Below, piece by piece: positions 34,469 to 48,089 of a stretch of 64,000 nucleotides of DNA. Under the pieces are notes generated by a model. That model was not told the origin of the DNA, made no database searches, and saw only the letters and a list, made by a program, of their open reading frames with translations. The DNA is from Marsupella aquatica. Its lineage: Eukaryota; Plantae; Marchantiophyta. The translations under genes and the position numbers were made by a program. The DNA lies in the NCBI GenBank assembly GCA_973895155.1, contig OZ316892.1:22421168-22485167 (forward strand), in the 5' to 3' direction. The first letter of the stretch is position 1. Each line of letters begins with the position of its first letter.

Positions 34469-37329
34469 ATGAGGAACGTGAGCATCTCATGGGCATTAGC
34501 CGTTGTGGCATGCCTTTCGCTGGCATCAGTCACAGTGGCAGAAGTGGTTCACACGGAAACGTTTTTCTCACCGGCGTTCGAGCTGGGCTCAGGGGATGTG
34601 GTGGATAATTACAAGTTGATGGAGATGCCTGAGGGCCATATCGGCTTACGCAACTTCCTTGCTGAGGTTCGAAAACAATGTCATGATTCCGCCTAGTTGT
34701 TTTTCTTTCACCCTTGAGAACGTCCGTATACTGGGTTGGAACGGGACTAGTGTGGTTGTAGCCTATATAAAGTCTAGTAGTTGGTCATTGTTGGGGTCAT
34801 ATCTCGATTTTGTTATGAATTCAAGCCCAGCATTATGCATGTGCGATGTATTGGGATACTTTGGAAGCTATTTTTGGAGATGGATATCTTACCCAAGGAT
34901 ACTTAGGGAGTCGTTGTACTTAAGCAGGGATTGATCATCCATTTGACGTAGACTTCGCATGTTAGCCTCTGTACAAGATCTACGAACTCTGTATGGGCTC
35001 CCAAACAGAAAAAGATAAGCCAGTGAATCGTCTTATATGCCGTGTCAACCTTGCTAATGAAGATAAATACTCGTCCAAAGGGTACAGCTAGTCGTAGATT
35101 TGTGACGTTCAGCACCGAGTGGACCATGACAGTATGTTTTATTAACCGCGAGCGTATTAGTAGTAGGTACAATCAAGCTGTGGATTAACTGTCTTATCCT
35201 GGGTTGGCCTTTGGTCAGGTGGTCGACGAGGAAGGAAACTCTGTCCCGCTATATGAGGTTTACCTACATCACTGGGTGGTGATCAAGCTCTTCGTGAAGA
35301 AGGGCCTTAAGGAGCTCGTGAGCTCGACGCCCAAAAAGATTACCGATCCGAACGTAGTGTTCAACATGCACCGAGGTCATGTACACCGCATGCAGTTCCA
35401 GGAAGGAGCTGATGTGAAGCAGGTGAGCGGTGATTTCTAGTCAATTGTCTTGTCAATCCTTATGGAGAGTCTTCCTGATAGCTGAGGCTGACTGCAATGG
35501 CCACAATTGACTTCAATATACATAGAGAAGTGTGTACGATGGACACGGTGGAGATTTTCTTTGGGGGGGATCAATGATATAGAGTATAGTTTTTCCTGCT
35601 GATAGCAAATGAATCATTGCAGGAGACGATGAAGGGAACTTGCTCGGATAGCCAGGACGTAACCGCCTTTGGCGTGGGATCTGAGACTAGGCGCACCGAC
35701 TCTAGCTTTCCTGCTCCCTATGCTCTTCAAACAGGGAATCCAGCATCAATTCCAGAGGGATACGAGGAGGCCTGGTACCTCAACGTGCACGCCATTGATA
35801 CACGTGGAGCTGTGGACGCAACCAGGTACTAGCATTGTCCTGACTCAAGCTTAGAAAATGGAAACATTGGTTACCGAATCCGATGTAGCCAACAGCTAAG
35901 AACGCTTTTGAAATCTTTTGTCAACGGTTGTAACACATTTTGAATGTCCTGTTAGTTGATGGTTTGAATTTGTTACAAAATACGCTGTTTAACAATGAGA
36001 TTTTTGATATTGCCAGCTGTTTGGAATGCTTATGTGAGGCGTACGGAGTAACAGCGGACTCCCGAGGACGTCCTCTAAAACCAGGATACAGGGGGGGCCT
36101 GTACTGTTGTTACGATCAGTCCCATTGCGCTGTAAAGGAGAACGCTGCTGCCCCAAGCAGGAAGTTGTATCTGAAGTACACTGTAACATGGGTTGATTGG
36201 GACAAGACTGTTATTCCCATCAGGACCTACGCGCTCGATGCTACTGACCCCAGGACTTCATTGGATGAACAGCCAAGTTGCAAGGTGAGGTTTTCTGTTT
36301 TCTCCGCAGTTGGTTTTCTTTGTTCCTACCACACATTTGTCGAGTTGTTGTCTGTTGAATTAGAATCTTTCAAAGCAGATTTGTAATGTGGGACGGGTCC
36401 TTGATATTTTGTTAAACTCCCTCAACAATTTCTAGGCTAGAAATTTGCTTCCACTTTCTCCTATGCTACAGATTGATAATATATGTTGGAGTCTCTTTAA
36501 CGCACCTTCCCCTTTTGGTACCTTCTGTTCATTGGAAAGGGTTGGTTGGTTTTGAGATGAGGCAAACAGTAAACAATATATATTTTTAACAAAACTGCTT
36601 ACAAGTGTAACTTCTGGGATGGGCTATGTGAGCAGATTGAGTATGAAGTGCCAGAGTGCAATAAAGAATCGAGCAATGTTTGCATTGATCGCCGCCACTC
36701 GATTGGAGCTCTGCCAGTTGGTGGGGACCTCATTCAGGCAGTTCTGCATCAACATTCTGGGGGCATGGGTGGTATGATTTACGATAAGGTAACCTCTTAA
36801 ATACAAGCAGCCTTGTGTAGGTGGCAATCCCAACGTGTTTACTTTCGGTACCAAAGTTGATATTTGTTGATTTTATGAAAAGGATATCTTAGCCTTTTGC
36901 ATAGTGTTGGGTGTAAATCCTCGAATTAGGACCCGAGGTGGACAAACAATGATTGCAAGCCAATGATAGAACTGAGATGGCTTTATCTTCGTTGTCTTCA
37001 AGTTTGCTCTTTGTTTTGGTCGTGGATGTCCAACATTGAAGCAGAAACTAACAGATACTTACTGATATAATTATGGTCTCCAGAATGGTGTTGTGCTGTG
37101 CGAATCGAGACCAATATATGGTAAGGGCGACAAAGTTGGCGATGAAGCAGGCTATGTTGTGGGAATGACTACCTGCTTCCCGAAGCCTGGAAGTATCTAT
37201 CTTGATGCTTGGAAGGAGTTGAAGTTTGACGCATTCTACAGCGCTGAGCAGGCGCACACTGGTGCTATGAGCCTTTTCGCCCTTCATGTGGCGGACCCTG
37301 TCACCTACATTGAAGAGGTGACCAACTAG
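34469..37329 (+). CDS. Stress up-regulated Nod19 (SURNod19)-family secreted protein. Exons 34469-34666, 35219-35422, 35623-35825, 36017-36284, 36636-36788 and 37084-37329
   Basis: Signal peptide; FFSPAFELGSG, GHIGLRNFLAEVVDEEGNSVPLYEVYLHHW, FGVGSETRRT, LNVHAIDTRG, CLECLC, YRGGLYCCYD, GHQHSG, LCESRPIYG...EAGYVVGMTTC, HTGAMSLF; GT-AG junctions keep frame. Confidence 0.9.
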
Positions 37330-39051
37330 ATTTGTCGAGCCAGCAGAAGACAACGTTAAGAAGCGAGAAACAAGTACCTGAGGCATTTTGAAATCGGGAA
37401 CAAGATACAACATAAGGGTTAGTTGCAATTGAGACCGGTCATTCTGGAATAGGACTAGCTTTCAATGAGACATATCTAAGTGCGTTAGTACAATACTGAG
37501 TGAGCATAAGTGGATGTGTTTTCGTGGGAGATGGTTTGGGTTGGAGTATTTCTCTGCGAGGTCGGATGATACTCTTGTCGCATCATTAGATAGCTTCGAT
37601 CATGACTTTAAGCTCGTCTTTTGCTGCAAAGTCCCAGGATAACTCTGGTGTGAACAGTGTATACTTCTGAGGAGAAAAGTCCCATTGTCCCTTACATACA
37701 GCTTCCTTTCATATGTAGAAAATAGACATTATCCATTTGATACATGCTTTCATATTTAACTCATCGAACTATAAATTCTCGACCCAATTGCAGCGCCTTA
37801 TCTGAATTGCAGTCACTTCACTTGGACTGATCCAATTGCATGCTTTTCTTAATTTCAGCCCTTTCCTCTGAGCAACATGGGAATACACGTTTCGTCTTTG
37901 ATCAGATTGTGAAATATTGAAAAGCCACCGTATTAAGTCCAAAAAAAGAGCCACCAGTGGCAGATTGTGAGTTTCATCTACAAAACAAAGCCCACATGAC
38001 CCTTTATAACATTGAAATGGAAAGCCTTGCCCGTGCACATGATGAGTCCCATCTCACTTTCATCAACTCCTCTGGCACCAACGAGCGCACAGTGTTCTCT
38101 ATTTTTAGTCTACTAGCCAAATCTCTAAGCATTGCGTAGTTTTGGTCAAGGTTGTGTGATCATTGCAAAAGGTGTTCATTGTGAGTGTGTTACCTTTGCC
38201 AAAGCTTTGTTGCTAATGTCGTGATGCTGAGCAGAAGTGGCAAAAGTTTAATCAAGCATATATGATGTCAAATGTAACGATGTTGAAGGAAAATTATGTC
38301 AATGCAAAAGTTTTGTTAATCCAGAAGATGGTCCCAACAAAAGAGTTAAAATAGCAGTGAAAAGAACAACAATGCATGATCAAGATGTAGATAGGGAAAA
38401 GAGTCAAAAAATTGAGGAGGGTGCAAAAGAGAAGGCAAAGAATCCGGGATCCAGGCAGTAGCTAAAATTGCACAGAGACTGAAAAAAGCAGTACTGAAAT
38501 TTAGTGCCCCTCTTATGCCCACTCCTATGTTGGTACTGCAAAATTATGTAGGCAGCACTCAAGGTAGCCCCTGATCAAATTTGTTGTGGAGAAGATTGTC
38601 AAGTGTTATCGCAAGAGGTTCTATCAAAACAATTTAGGGTGACTTGCGGCAAATATGTCCGTAGAGGCAATCGCTAACATTTTAGTGCGTTGTCCTTCCC
38701 GTACTTGCACTCCGGGAACGGGAAGAACAATCTATCTCCTTTACCGTGAGACTTTGCTCAATTGTAGGAGAAAATATTAAAATTGGTGAAACCTTGTGTA
38801 TCCATCTTCGAACACCCACATGGTTTACCAGTTTGTTGAGCCTCTTCATTCTTCCAATTTCTCGTCTTGTCTCGACTACCGGTAGACAGGTTTCTCGAAT
38901 TATTAGCGTTAGGTGCTCAAAAACAGAGGGATTGTAGTGGAGTGACATCGCGGATATGTGATTTGATCGATCCCAGTAATAGCCGATGAATTTGAGGAGC
39001 TTTCGCTTGGCTCCAATTATTTGTAGGTTTTCCTATTCCAGTACATGTTGC

Positions 39052-39124
39052 GATAGCAGCCACAGTCATCGCGAAGATAGCAGCCACAGTCATCGCGAAG
39101 ATAGCAGCCACAGTCATCGCGAAG
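39052..39124 (+). repeat. 24-bp tandem repeat, 3 copies
   Basis: GATAGCAGCCACAGTCATCGCGAA x3. Confidence 0.95.
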
Positions 39125-39239
39125 AGTGGGCTGAGAAAGCACGAGATGGGGGATGAGAAGGGAAGAGAGGAGCAGAGACTTTTAAGGCTTGCCCATCTTT
39201 GGATAAGCGGAACGTCAACTGCAGGCACAAAGACACACG

Positions 39240-40340
39240 ATAATGTTTGTAGATTTGATGATGAAGAAGAGGAACTTCTTCTTCCAGTCCATTTGACGTT
39301 ATTACCTTAAACTGCGTCGGCCCAAGGTGACATTGAAGAGCATTTCAAATCCCAACGCTCATAAGTCGGAGCTGGCCACAAGCAATTCGAAGTCGCCGGG
39401 TCTACGACGGAAGGATTCGCTCTCACTCAACAGAGTCGCTTGTTTTGACGCTTGTTGGGTCTCCCGACCCGACTTCTCATTGTGCTCCTAGTATTGCTCT
39501 CTATTCGATGAGAGACAAATGTTGTTATCAACTTCTTCATTTCCGACAACATTGTCATATCGGAATGTTGCCAGGGTCATTCCAGTGGGTGATAGATGGA
39601 AAATCCTACTTGTTGGGAGGAGGACTGAAGAGATGAAGAAAAGTGTATAAGTTCGATCTTGTCGAACAGAGGGGTTGGCAGAAAAGTGCAATATGCTTCA
39701 ACCAAGAAATAACTTTGCGTGTGTGCTGTCGATGGCGGGGAGATTTACTTATACGGCGCTAATAATTATGACTCCCGACTTTTCCGAATCCCAGTTATAT
39801 AATACTCACGAAAATGTTTCGATTCAACAGCGCCTATCCAATTTTGGGAATCTGGTGATTAGATGGCAACCCTGGGAGAGGAGCTGCCAGTGTATAGAGG
39901 ATATTTTTGTGATCGAAAGTATGACGGTGATGAACAGGATGCTGACCAAGATGTGCGTCTTTATTATGAACTTCCTGGCGCGGCAGTGTCTTTGGAAGAT
40001 AAGTGGAGAGTGGTCCAACCTGCCCCATAACAGTGTAGGGAACGTGTGTTTACTTACTGCAAGAGGAAAACTCTATTCGTTGACTGTCCTTGGGATTGAT
40101 GTCTATAGTGACGATGAAAACACCTGGTCATATTGGCATTCAAATTCCTTGCGCTGCTCTTGGACCAGCGGGCTCGATAGAGGTTCTTCGGCTTAACACT
40201 TCACTAACGAGCTCTTACTAGCAGTGATGTGGAAATCGCTAGACATGGAAAAGCCGCAGTCCTGTTGTCTTTAAAGCACAGGTTTCGATACTGATATCGA
40301 AGAGATTGTCTGGCAGAAAGTACTCTTTCCTCTGTCCATT
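39240..40340 (+). pseudogene. Decayed F-box/Kelch gene, paralog of 45369-46517
   Basis: Frame-hopping blocks collinear with the intact gene: EEELLLP; ISRSWPQAIRSRRVYDGRIRSHSTES vs LSRNWQQVIKSQLVYNARVCCHSLET; IALYSMRDKCCYQL vs IYLYSPSEESLYQL; IDGKSYLLGG vs LDGRLYAVGG; MLQPRNNFAC vs MLEPRISFQC; RGKLYS...VYSDDENTWSYW vs QGKFYS...VYNNDNKSWDHW. Confidence 0.85.
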
Positions 40341-41733
40341 GCTTTTTTGATTGGTCAGATTCAGCTTTGACTAAATGCTTTGATTGCGGATTTTGAGAGG
40401 TTAAATTTAGCTTTGAGTAAATACTTTTCAGGTGAATCCATGTTATGGTAGAGTTGACTCCTCATGTATCGCTTCGGACGATTTCGTTATGGTATAGTTG
40501 ACTCCGATCCTCATGTATCGCTTCGGACGATTTCGTTCCTGTTGGTTGTTTCAATAGCAGGGTCCCTGGCAGAGTTGTCAGATTAGTTTGCTTATGTTCT
40601 TCTTTGAGACTGACCTTTCCTCTCTGTAATGTTTGCTGAATTTTGAAGTTGACTTGAACTGTCTTGAGAAACTTACTGTTGACATGGCCCAATTTCTGTG
40701 ATACCACTTAACTGAGCCGAACTTGCGGGGGTTTAGGGTTAGAACTTGCTTCAGTCTGGCTGCAGCATGTGGGTGACTAAGCACCTCACGAGGTGGGGAA
40801 AGGTCAAAAGGGAGCAAAGAGAACTGACAGGCGAGCAACTCCCGAGCACTTGTCATAGATTCCTTTCAGGATATTCAACTGTTTTACATCCTAAAGAATC
40901 ATCGAGATCAGATTGAATTGGTTAAACCAAACAGTCTTTGCTTAGAAGGCGTTGGATTGTGGAAATTGACACAAAGAAATTATACAACGATGAATATATC
41001 GATATTGCTTCACTTCTTCAAAATACTATTGTCTAAAGATGGTCGTCCCTTTAGTATTACGTGTTTATACAATGTAAGATTCTCAGCCAGAGACTGGTGT
41101 CCCTCCTAACCAGTCGCAGTCCTCGAAATGTCGTCCGCATTCTGGCTGCCAGAGTTACATAATTAGTATAATTTGTTCAGAAATGTGATCAATTGGATTT
41201 CCAGCCAATCCTTGAGTTAGCAGCAGAGGAAGCTATTCTTTAGACTGTAAATTAACTTAGCAGAGTCATTCACTAGACAAGGGCACGGTGTACTCTTTCT
41301 CAATGGTCGTTGTTATCCGGAAGGCTCTTTCTTCTTCTGCCAATAAATTATTCTCGACGACGCAATTGTCCTTCTCTAGATTTGTTTAGATGTGGGAGTA
41401 TCGGATTTCATTCGAATCGGTGACTAAAGATTCCATCATGATTTCTGTACCCTGAAGTTGCGCCTGATATTCGTGAGGGTCGGATGTTTTGGCCGGAAGG
41501 TGGAGTTCCTCTCAATCATCATTTGTAACAATGACGTTGTGAACATGGATCGGGGCTGAATGTTATCAAAACATCATTTGATTCGAGAGCTGATTCACCA
41601 GGTTTAGGAACCTCCCTCCACAACTCCCAAAATTGGTGAATTTCCCAGGGCATTTACGGTCAGATTGGGTTAGTATATGATTTGAGCCGTATGGCCCTCG
41701 AGACAATTCGCCTGTCATGAGGATTAGTGGGTA

Positions 41734-41848
41734 TCTTGTGGATCACATCTGTTAATTATCAAAGTCGTGGCCGGAGTTTAACTCAATACCTCTTGTGGAT
41801 CACATCTGTTAATTATCAAAGTCATGGCCGGAGTTTAGCTCAATACCT
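41734..41848 (+). repeat. ~58-bp tandem duplication overlapping the Helitron-like end
   Basis: TCTTGTGGATCACATCTGTTAATTATCAAAGTC(G/A)TGGCCGGAGTTTA(A/G)CTCAATACCT twice. Confidence 0.9.
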
Positions 41849-42315
41849 GTGCGTTTCACAAAAGATGTCGTTGCGCAAAAAATGTCAATGTGTAAAACAT
41901 CTCGTATGCGAAAAAGATGTAGTTGCGGAAAAGATGTTGTATGCAGAAAAGATGCCATTTGCACAAAAGGTGTCATTTGTGAAGAAGATAACGTAGCAAA
42001 AAAGCTATTGTTTATGGAAAAGATGTAGTTGGGCAAAATATGTTATTGGCGGAAAATAAGTTATTCCAAAAATGTTGTTCTGTAAATGATTTCATTGTTG
42101 AAAATATGTTGGTGCAAAAAAGATGTCAATGCAAAAGCAATATTGTTTGCCAAAAAATTGAAATTGAACAAAGTACATCCTTGTGTAAAAAATGTCATTG
42201 CGAACAAGCTAAGATGTTTTGCGAAATATTTTTGTTGTAGAGAATATGTCATTGTGCAAAGACTATATTGTGTAAAACATGATGTTTGTGGAAAAGGTAC
42301 CATCTATAATAAAGA
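41833..42315 (-). mobile_element. Helitron-like non-autonomous element (same family as 5021-5505)
   Basis: TTTAGCTCAATACCTGTGCGTTTCACAAAAGATGT parallels TTTAGACTAATACCCATGCATTGCACAAAAGATGT; the minus strand starts TCTTTATTATA; internal AAAGATGT array. Confidence 0.45.
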
Positions 42316-42504
42316 AACCTCTAAGTGATGCTCACTCCTCTTTTGCCAATGAAAATTCTTTGATCCTTTTGATAAATATTAAAAATATGATACTCTTTCC
42401 TCCCCCCCCCCCCTGTCCTTTCCTACATTTTTAATTTTCTCCAATTGTTTTTATTTATTTTTTGTTTATTTTTTCATTATCTTTATCCACTTTTTGCCTT
42501 TTAG

Positions 42505-42505
<1 letters not shown>

Positions 42506-42545
<40 letters not shown>
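42506..42545 (+). repeat. (CT)20 microsatellite
   Basis: Direct read. Confidence 0.95.
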
Positions 42546-42551
<6 letters not shown>

Positions 42552-42593
42552 GGAGTCTCTATCCCTCCTTGGTCCTCTCTAGTCTCTCCCTTA

Positions 42594-43144
42594 TGTAGAA
42601 TCATACTCTGTGAGGATAATAGATGCCCTCTTGTATCCTGGATGGTACTCTTCCTTCCCTATAATTATGAGGGTAATAGTGGGCAGCAAGCACATGAGGA
42701 TTGAGGAGGGGAAGAGTGTACTGGCAGGTAGGGACAGTCATACTTGCAAGGACAATCATAATGGAGTGGTCTTCTGGAGGGCGTCCTTTGTACTCCTTCA
42801 TTCTTTGTCAGGGCATCTTATTATCATCATTTGTATTCATATGCCTCTGTTCTTTGATGTCTAATGCTAAGGTCTCTTTTCCATGATCGAACGTTCGGTA
42901 TTAAAAAACTTGCAAAAGATCTAATGGTTGTGGATCATTCCTGCGCAGAACACATTTTGTAATGGGACAAAGGACAAAAAATGGCAGGATTGGATATTAT
43001 AGTTATATATATATAGGTGTACTTTGTTCCAAATGTCTCCATTGGAATCCATAGTTGGGGCCCCGCCCCTTAAGTTCTTCTCTATCTGTCAAACCTAACT
43101 TGTCCAGGTATTCCTTCGATGAATTGCAATCCCATATTTCGACA
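42594..43144. mobile_element. Probable solo LTR (551 bp)
   Basis: TGTAGAAT...ATTTCGACA termini; TSD-like CCTTA/CCTTT (1 mismatch); internal TATA-like run at ~43005-43015. Confidence 0.5.
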
Positions 43145-43232
43145 CCTTTTTGTGTAGAACCATTGAATTAGTGGATTCATGACAAACTAAAGCTCCTTGG
43201 TTGTAAGAATATAGTACGTCTACTTACAGGGC

Positions 43233-43393
43233 AGTATGGCCAGAAAGCCCCTAAACTGGAGTTTTGAGGGTTATTATTGCCCATAAAGAGGCAACTCCTT
43301 GGTTGGAAGAAAATAGTAACGGTCTATTGAAAGGGAAGTATGGCCAGAAAGCCCTTAAACTCCAGTTTTGAGTGGTTATTATTGCCCATAAAG
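43233..43393 (+). repeat. ~56-bp direct repeat, 2 copies
   Basis: AGTATGGCCAGAAAGCCCYTAAACT...GGTTATTATTGCCCATAAAG at ~43233 and ~43338. Confidence 0.85.
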
Positions 43394-43826
43394 CTCTAGG
43401 AACTCCGATGGCCTGAGATTTTGTCCCTTCCATATGGATTGCATGAAGTGATTGAAAGAGTGACTAAACCAAATTATGGAGTACTCCAAAAATATTGCGA
43501 ATTAATAAGGATAAAACTTACAATTCAAAAAAACTCCTTCTGGTAGAACAACCATGAACAACCATGAACAACCAGAACCATATCATTGGGGAGTCCTTGC
43601 TTGGCGCCTGTTTAAGACAGTCAGCTACCAAGTTTTGCTCATAATCTCAAACGGCACCCACTAGTCCTTCTGACACGTCTCCTTGTTATTGTGAAGGCCC
43701 TCTAGCTCCCAGGGTAGTGGATCACTTCTCAGTACTTTGTGACTGGACTCCAAGCTTGTTGTAGCGTGTAAGTTTGTAGGTATTCGGCTTGTAGGTAATC
43801 CATCCTAGATGTATATCCATTCTTGC

Positions 43827-44128
43827 CCTCACCGATACAGGCCTGGAACAGTGGCTCTGCGCTAGATCCGTAATTACCAGAAGGGCACCATTCTTCTCAT
43901 CCGCAAGCTTTCCCTTCCAGAGATTTGTTCGTGAGATAGCTCAGGACTTCAAGACCGACCTTCGCTTCCAAAGCCATGCTGTTCTTGCCCTCCATGAGGC
44001 AGTTGAGGCATATGTGGTTGGCATCTTTGAGGACACGAACTTGTGTTCCATCAATCGATACAAAGAGGGTGACCATCATGCCCAAGGACATGCAATTTGC
44101 CAGGAGCATTAGGGGAGAGCGTTGTTAA
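43827..44128 (+). pseudogene. Histone H3 (H3.3-type) pseudogene, intronless and lacking the N-terminal tail
   Basis: [95 protein letters not shown]; one stop and two frameshifts; SHAVL is the plant H3.3 signature. Confidence 0.92.
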
Positions 44129-45368
44129 ATTAGTGTTCATCTAAGCAAAAGCTCCTGTTGATAATCTTAGATCCATACCAGATTGTTTAGACTCAATATA
44201 TAGCTGCAATTGGTCACCGCAGATGTATCATTCATCACAGTAAGATTTAATATACGGTTTCGAATAAATGCTTCTTTATTTCATGGGCTAGGGGAAAACG
44301 TCAGACATCAGTTAAGGGTAAACTAAATAAAGTAAGTTAAGGAAAGCAGCCACTGGACAATAGTCGACAATCAAGGATTCCCGAAATCCCATCTGACTTG
44401 GGTGCCTTGCCTTCCATGGCTGACTTCAAATCCATGCACCAAGCCTTCCACCAATTTAAATAGTGCAAACCCAGTTTTGATGTGTTCAGTAGCTTTATAT
44501 AAGAAGTTAAAATGGACATTCAACTCCATGCATGACTGTGGCGAAGGGTAACAAACTATTTTGTTATGGGGAAATGTGTATTGCCACTGGGTAGGCTCGC
44601 ATGAGATTCCTGTTTCTCCCATGTGTGAAGGAGACATGGCGGGGCTTCCGTAAAGTCCTCCCAGGTGAAAAGTCACTACGCCAATTCAATCCCTGGCCTT
44701 CTTCAAATGAAATAATCTGTCATGTTTTTTGGGTAAATGTCCCACTTAGAGGGAGGAAATTGTTGTGACAAACCTAGCATGGTATTGTCAAAACACACAA
44801 CCTGGGCAAGAACAAAAGACATAGTACATGCATGCATAGCCTATAATCTTGTCCTGGCCAGAATTAGAGTAAGTGAGGACAAACTGGTGAAACCATAAAA
44901 AAAACCACAGAACACAACAAGCAATATCTATATTAGCACAGCAGTTTCAAGTCAAATTAGAGAAGGACAAACAGTGTGATGATTGATATATGTACAGGAT
45001 AAACTTGGGACGGACATTCATTCATTTCACATATACATTCCAAAAATGAATGCAGCAGCAATAAAAATATTTCTATTTCAGGGTCCAATCAATACCTAGC
45101 AGTCTGAGATCGAAGTTAACAATGTCCAGACATTGCCCAAGAGAATCTTATGCTACTAACTAGAGATGGAGATCTGATCGAAGAACTTACATCAGGGAAA
45201 TTAAGGAGGTTAGACCTAGCTCCTTTTTGGGAACGATCATGTCATCTTCATACGATCACAGTTACATCCTCTAACCAGAGGGAAAAATCACATCTTAAAC
45301 AGAAAAGGGACACTACTAGTTGAATTGGTCAACAAATTTTATTTCTGGAATCGGCTCTGTGTTTCCGT

Positions 45369-46517
45369 TCAAAGCTCAATCGGACACAACAATTGTAGAG
45401 GATTAAAGTAATTTGACAATAAAGTATCATATGTCTTAGGGCACCCTCTAATTGACCACACAACTGGTCTGTTGTTGCTACTGAATCCTCTACTTTGAAG
45501 GACGTACCATCCTTTGGTTCGGACAGTGCCTTGCCTCTTCCATCGCACCATTGCAAATAGTTCATTATTAACTGGTACAATTGAATATGGGTCAAGCTTG
45601 ACCGATTCTGTGGGTCCCAGTCCATCATATGATATCGAAGACCAATGATCCCATGATTTGTTGTCATTGTTGTAAACATGAAATCCATCGGAGTCGGCTG
45701 AATAGAACTTTCCTTGCATCATGAAAACGCTTTCAATATTTGAAAATCTGTCAGTCAGATCCATCCTTGGTTCCACCACTCTCCACTCATCCTTGAGTGG
45801 ATGATAAACCTGCCATGATGATGCCAGTCCATTTCGACAGGCCACAAAGAGTTCCTCGCCCTTGTGTGTAACTCGAAGGGGGAGTTGCTCATATATCATG
45901 GGCTTTATTGGAGACCAGGCATCCAGCTTGGGATCATACAACTCTGACGCACAAATATAGGAGGTTGGATCCTCAGGAGAAGTACCACCGAATACATACA
46001 ACTTGCCATCCATGATACCACACTGGAAGGAGATTCGTGGTTCTAGCATAGCTGCACATTCCTTCCAGTGCATATCCTCAGCTGCCAAATTCAACACATA
46101 CATCGTTTGGTAGCTCCGGTTATTTGTGCTGATCCCTCCCACGGCATATAATCTACCGTCCAATGCCATGAACTTGGAGGGCCGAAATACAAATACAGCC
46201 CCGAATACAGCATCTGGAACTTGAGGAAGTTGGTACAGACTTTCTTCACTGGGAGAATAAAGATAAATCCCATCGTGTCTTTGAGAAAAACTAGTGTCAA
46301 TTCGAAGGAGTATGGAAGTTTCTAGCGAATGGCAGCAAACTCTGGCGTTGTACACAAGTTGACTTTTGATCACTTGCTGCCAATTCCGACTAAGTGAAGA
46401 CAGGAGAGCAGCATCTCTCCTTGGTAGTTTGGTCGCAATCTCCATCAACGCTACGTCATTGGGTATCCCTGGAAGAAGTTCTTCCAATAAAGATGACATC
46501 ATGTCGTGCGAGTCCAT
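45369..46517 (-). CDS. F-box/Kelch-repeat protein, single exon, 382 aa
   Basis: N-terminal F-box-like LLPGIPNDVALMEIATKLP...LSRNWQ; Kelch repeats LDGRLYAVGG...W and MLEPR..F.CGIMDGKLYVFGG...ELYDPKLDAW. Confidence 0.9.
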   Translation of the reverse strand: MDSHDMMSSLLEELLPGIPNDVALMEIATKLPRRDAALLSSLSRNWQQVIKSQLVYNARVCCHSLETSILLRIDTSFSQRHDGIYLYSPSEESLYQLPQVPDAVFGAVFVFRPSKFMALDGRLYAVGGISTNNRSYQTMYVLNLAAEDMHWKECAAMLEPRISFQCGIMDGKLYVFGGTSPEDPTSYICASELYDPKLDAWSPIKPMIYEQLPLRVTHKGEELFVACRNGLASSWQVYHPLKDEWRVVEPRMDLTDRFSNIESVFMMQGKFYSADSDGFHVYNNDNKSWDHWSSISYDGLGPTESVKLDPYSIVPVNNELFAMVRWKRQGTVRTKGWYVLQSRGFSSNNRPVVWSIRGCPKTYDTLLSNYFNPLQLLCPIEL

Positions 46518-48089
46518 GAGATTTATTCGACTTCGAATTAAGTACCTAGAAGTCCACGCACAAAAACAGTCTCCATATTAATAGTAAGCTACCTCTATAT
46601 CTCCTTGCAGCCTTTTTCTGGGATGAAATTTCTTCAACAACGGTAAGTCAAGTTCTAACGGAGCCACCTACTCTAGAATTTCAGACCGTATATTTTATAT
46701 TAAAGACATCAAACTACATCTCACTTCACCGGCAGAAGTAATACTGATTCCATTAATTGGTTTTCCACAAATCTCGAAGTAAAGAGTAAATTAACGTCGG
46801 TTTCAAAGAGGGTTTTAAGAAGTACCTACAGAGAGTTCGATGAAGATCAAAGAAACCAACGATCGAGAACCTTGTAGCTCGGTGTAGGACCAGAAACTGC
46901 GCGCTCAGGAATTAAGATTACTAAGAGGTCTATAACGGGACTGTAGAAGAGTTGTCCACCAAACGCAAAAGTGGAACTGGAATGCGATAAAGTTTCTAAG
47001 GAGTACAAGTGCAAAGAGCTTTCACGTCAGAGGCCAGTCATTGGCGAGCTAGATGACTTGATGAAAACTACACAACAAAGGTGAACATAGAGAGAAAGTG
47101 AGAAGAATGAAGTAGAATGGAGGCATAGTACTCCTTATATGGTACCCTGGCGGACCAGACTTTTACAGACCAGACGTCCAGTCCCCCCAAAAGAGTTTGA
47201 CAGACTGATAACTTGATTGGTGAAATAGTACTGACTAAAGACACACTCTTCTTCTCCAGAGAGAGAGAGAGAGTACGTTCAACAAATTGGTACCAGGAGG
47301 TGTCACTGAAGGAACACTTACCTATAGTCTCAATTGCAATTCCAACATATTTACTACCTACATTCGTTTGTGTAAAAAATGTAGTTTTCCACAAAAGACA
47401 AATGTTTTAATTAATTAAAATTTTGAGTGGATCACCGAAATTAGAAAGGTTGAGTATTGTTAATTATAGTATTAAAGTTATCAATTATTTCTCAAAATGC
47501 TGGGAGGTTGCCTTGTGTTGGCTATAATTAAGGCAACATGTTTCACTGAGCCATTTGAGTCCCCCCTCCTGTAGCAGGGGTCTACAGCTGAACTCGAAAG
47601 CCTAAGAAGTTGCTTGGCTCCAATGGGAAAACATCTGGGCATTCTAATTTCATAATTTCTGGATTAAGGAATATGCATGAATAATACGAGGGTTATGCTC
47701 TGAGCAGTTGGATTTGTAGGTATTGTCATTTTCCAAGATACACTAACAAAAACAAGGAAATTAATTTATCCTAGTTCAAAAGGGGGACAAAACCATTCCA
47801 TTGACCAAGCTAGATCTATAGAAGCTCAAATTTGGAAACGTCATAAAGGTTCAAAAGGATGACCAGTTGGCTAAATGAGTCAATCAATAAGCAAGCTGGA
47901 CAATGGGCTAATTAGCCGAACTGAAGTTGGTTATGGCACATAATCCTCCTCAATTGGGCTCTGGCATTTACTAGTAAGGAGTTGTTCTTTTTAATGGCTT
48001 ATACACTTTGACTACAAGGACTTTCATTAATGCAATGAACCATGTTGTTGTTGGTGTGGCACTACCCATGCACCCTGTTACGCAACTTT

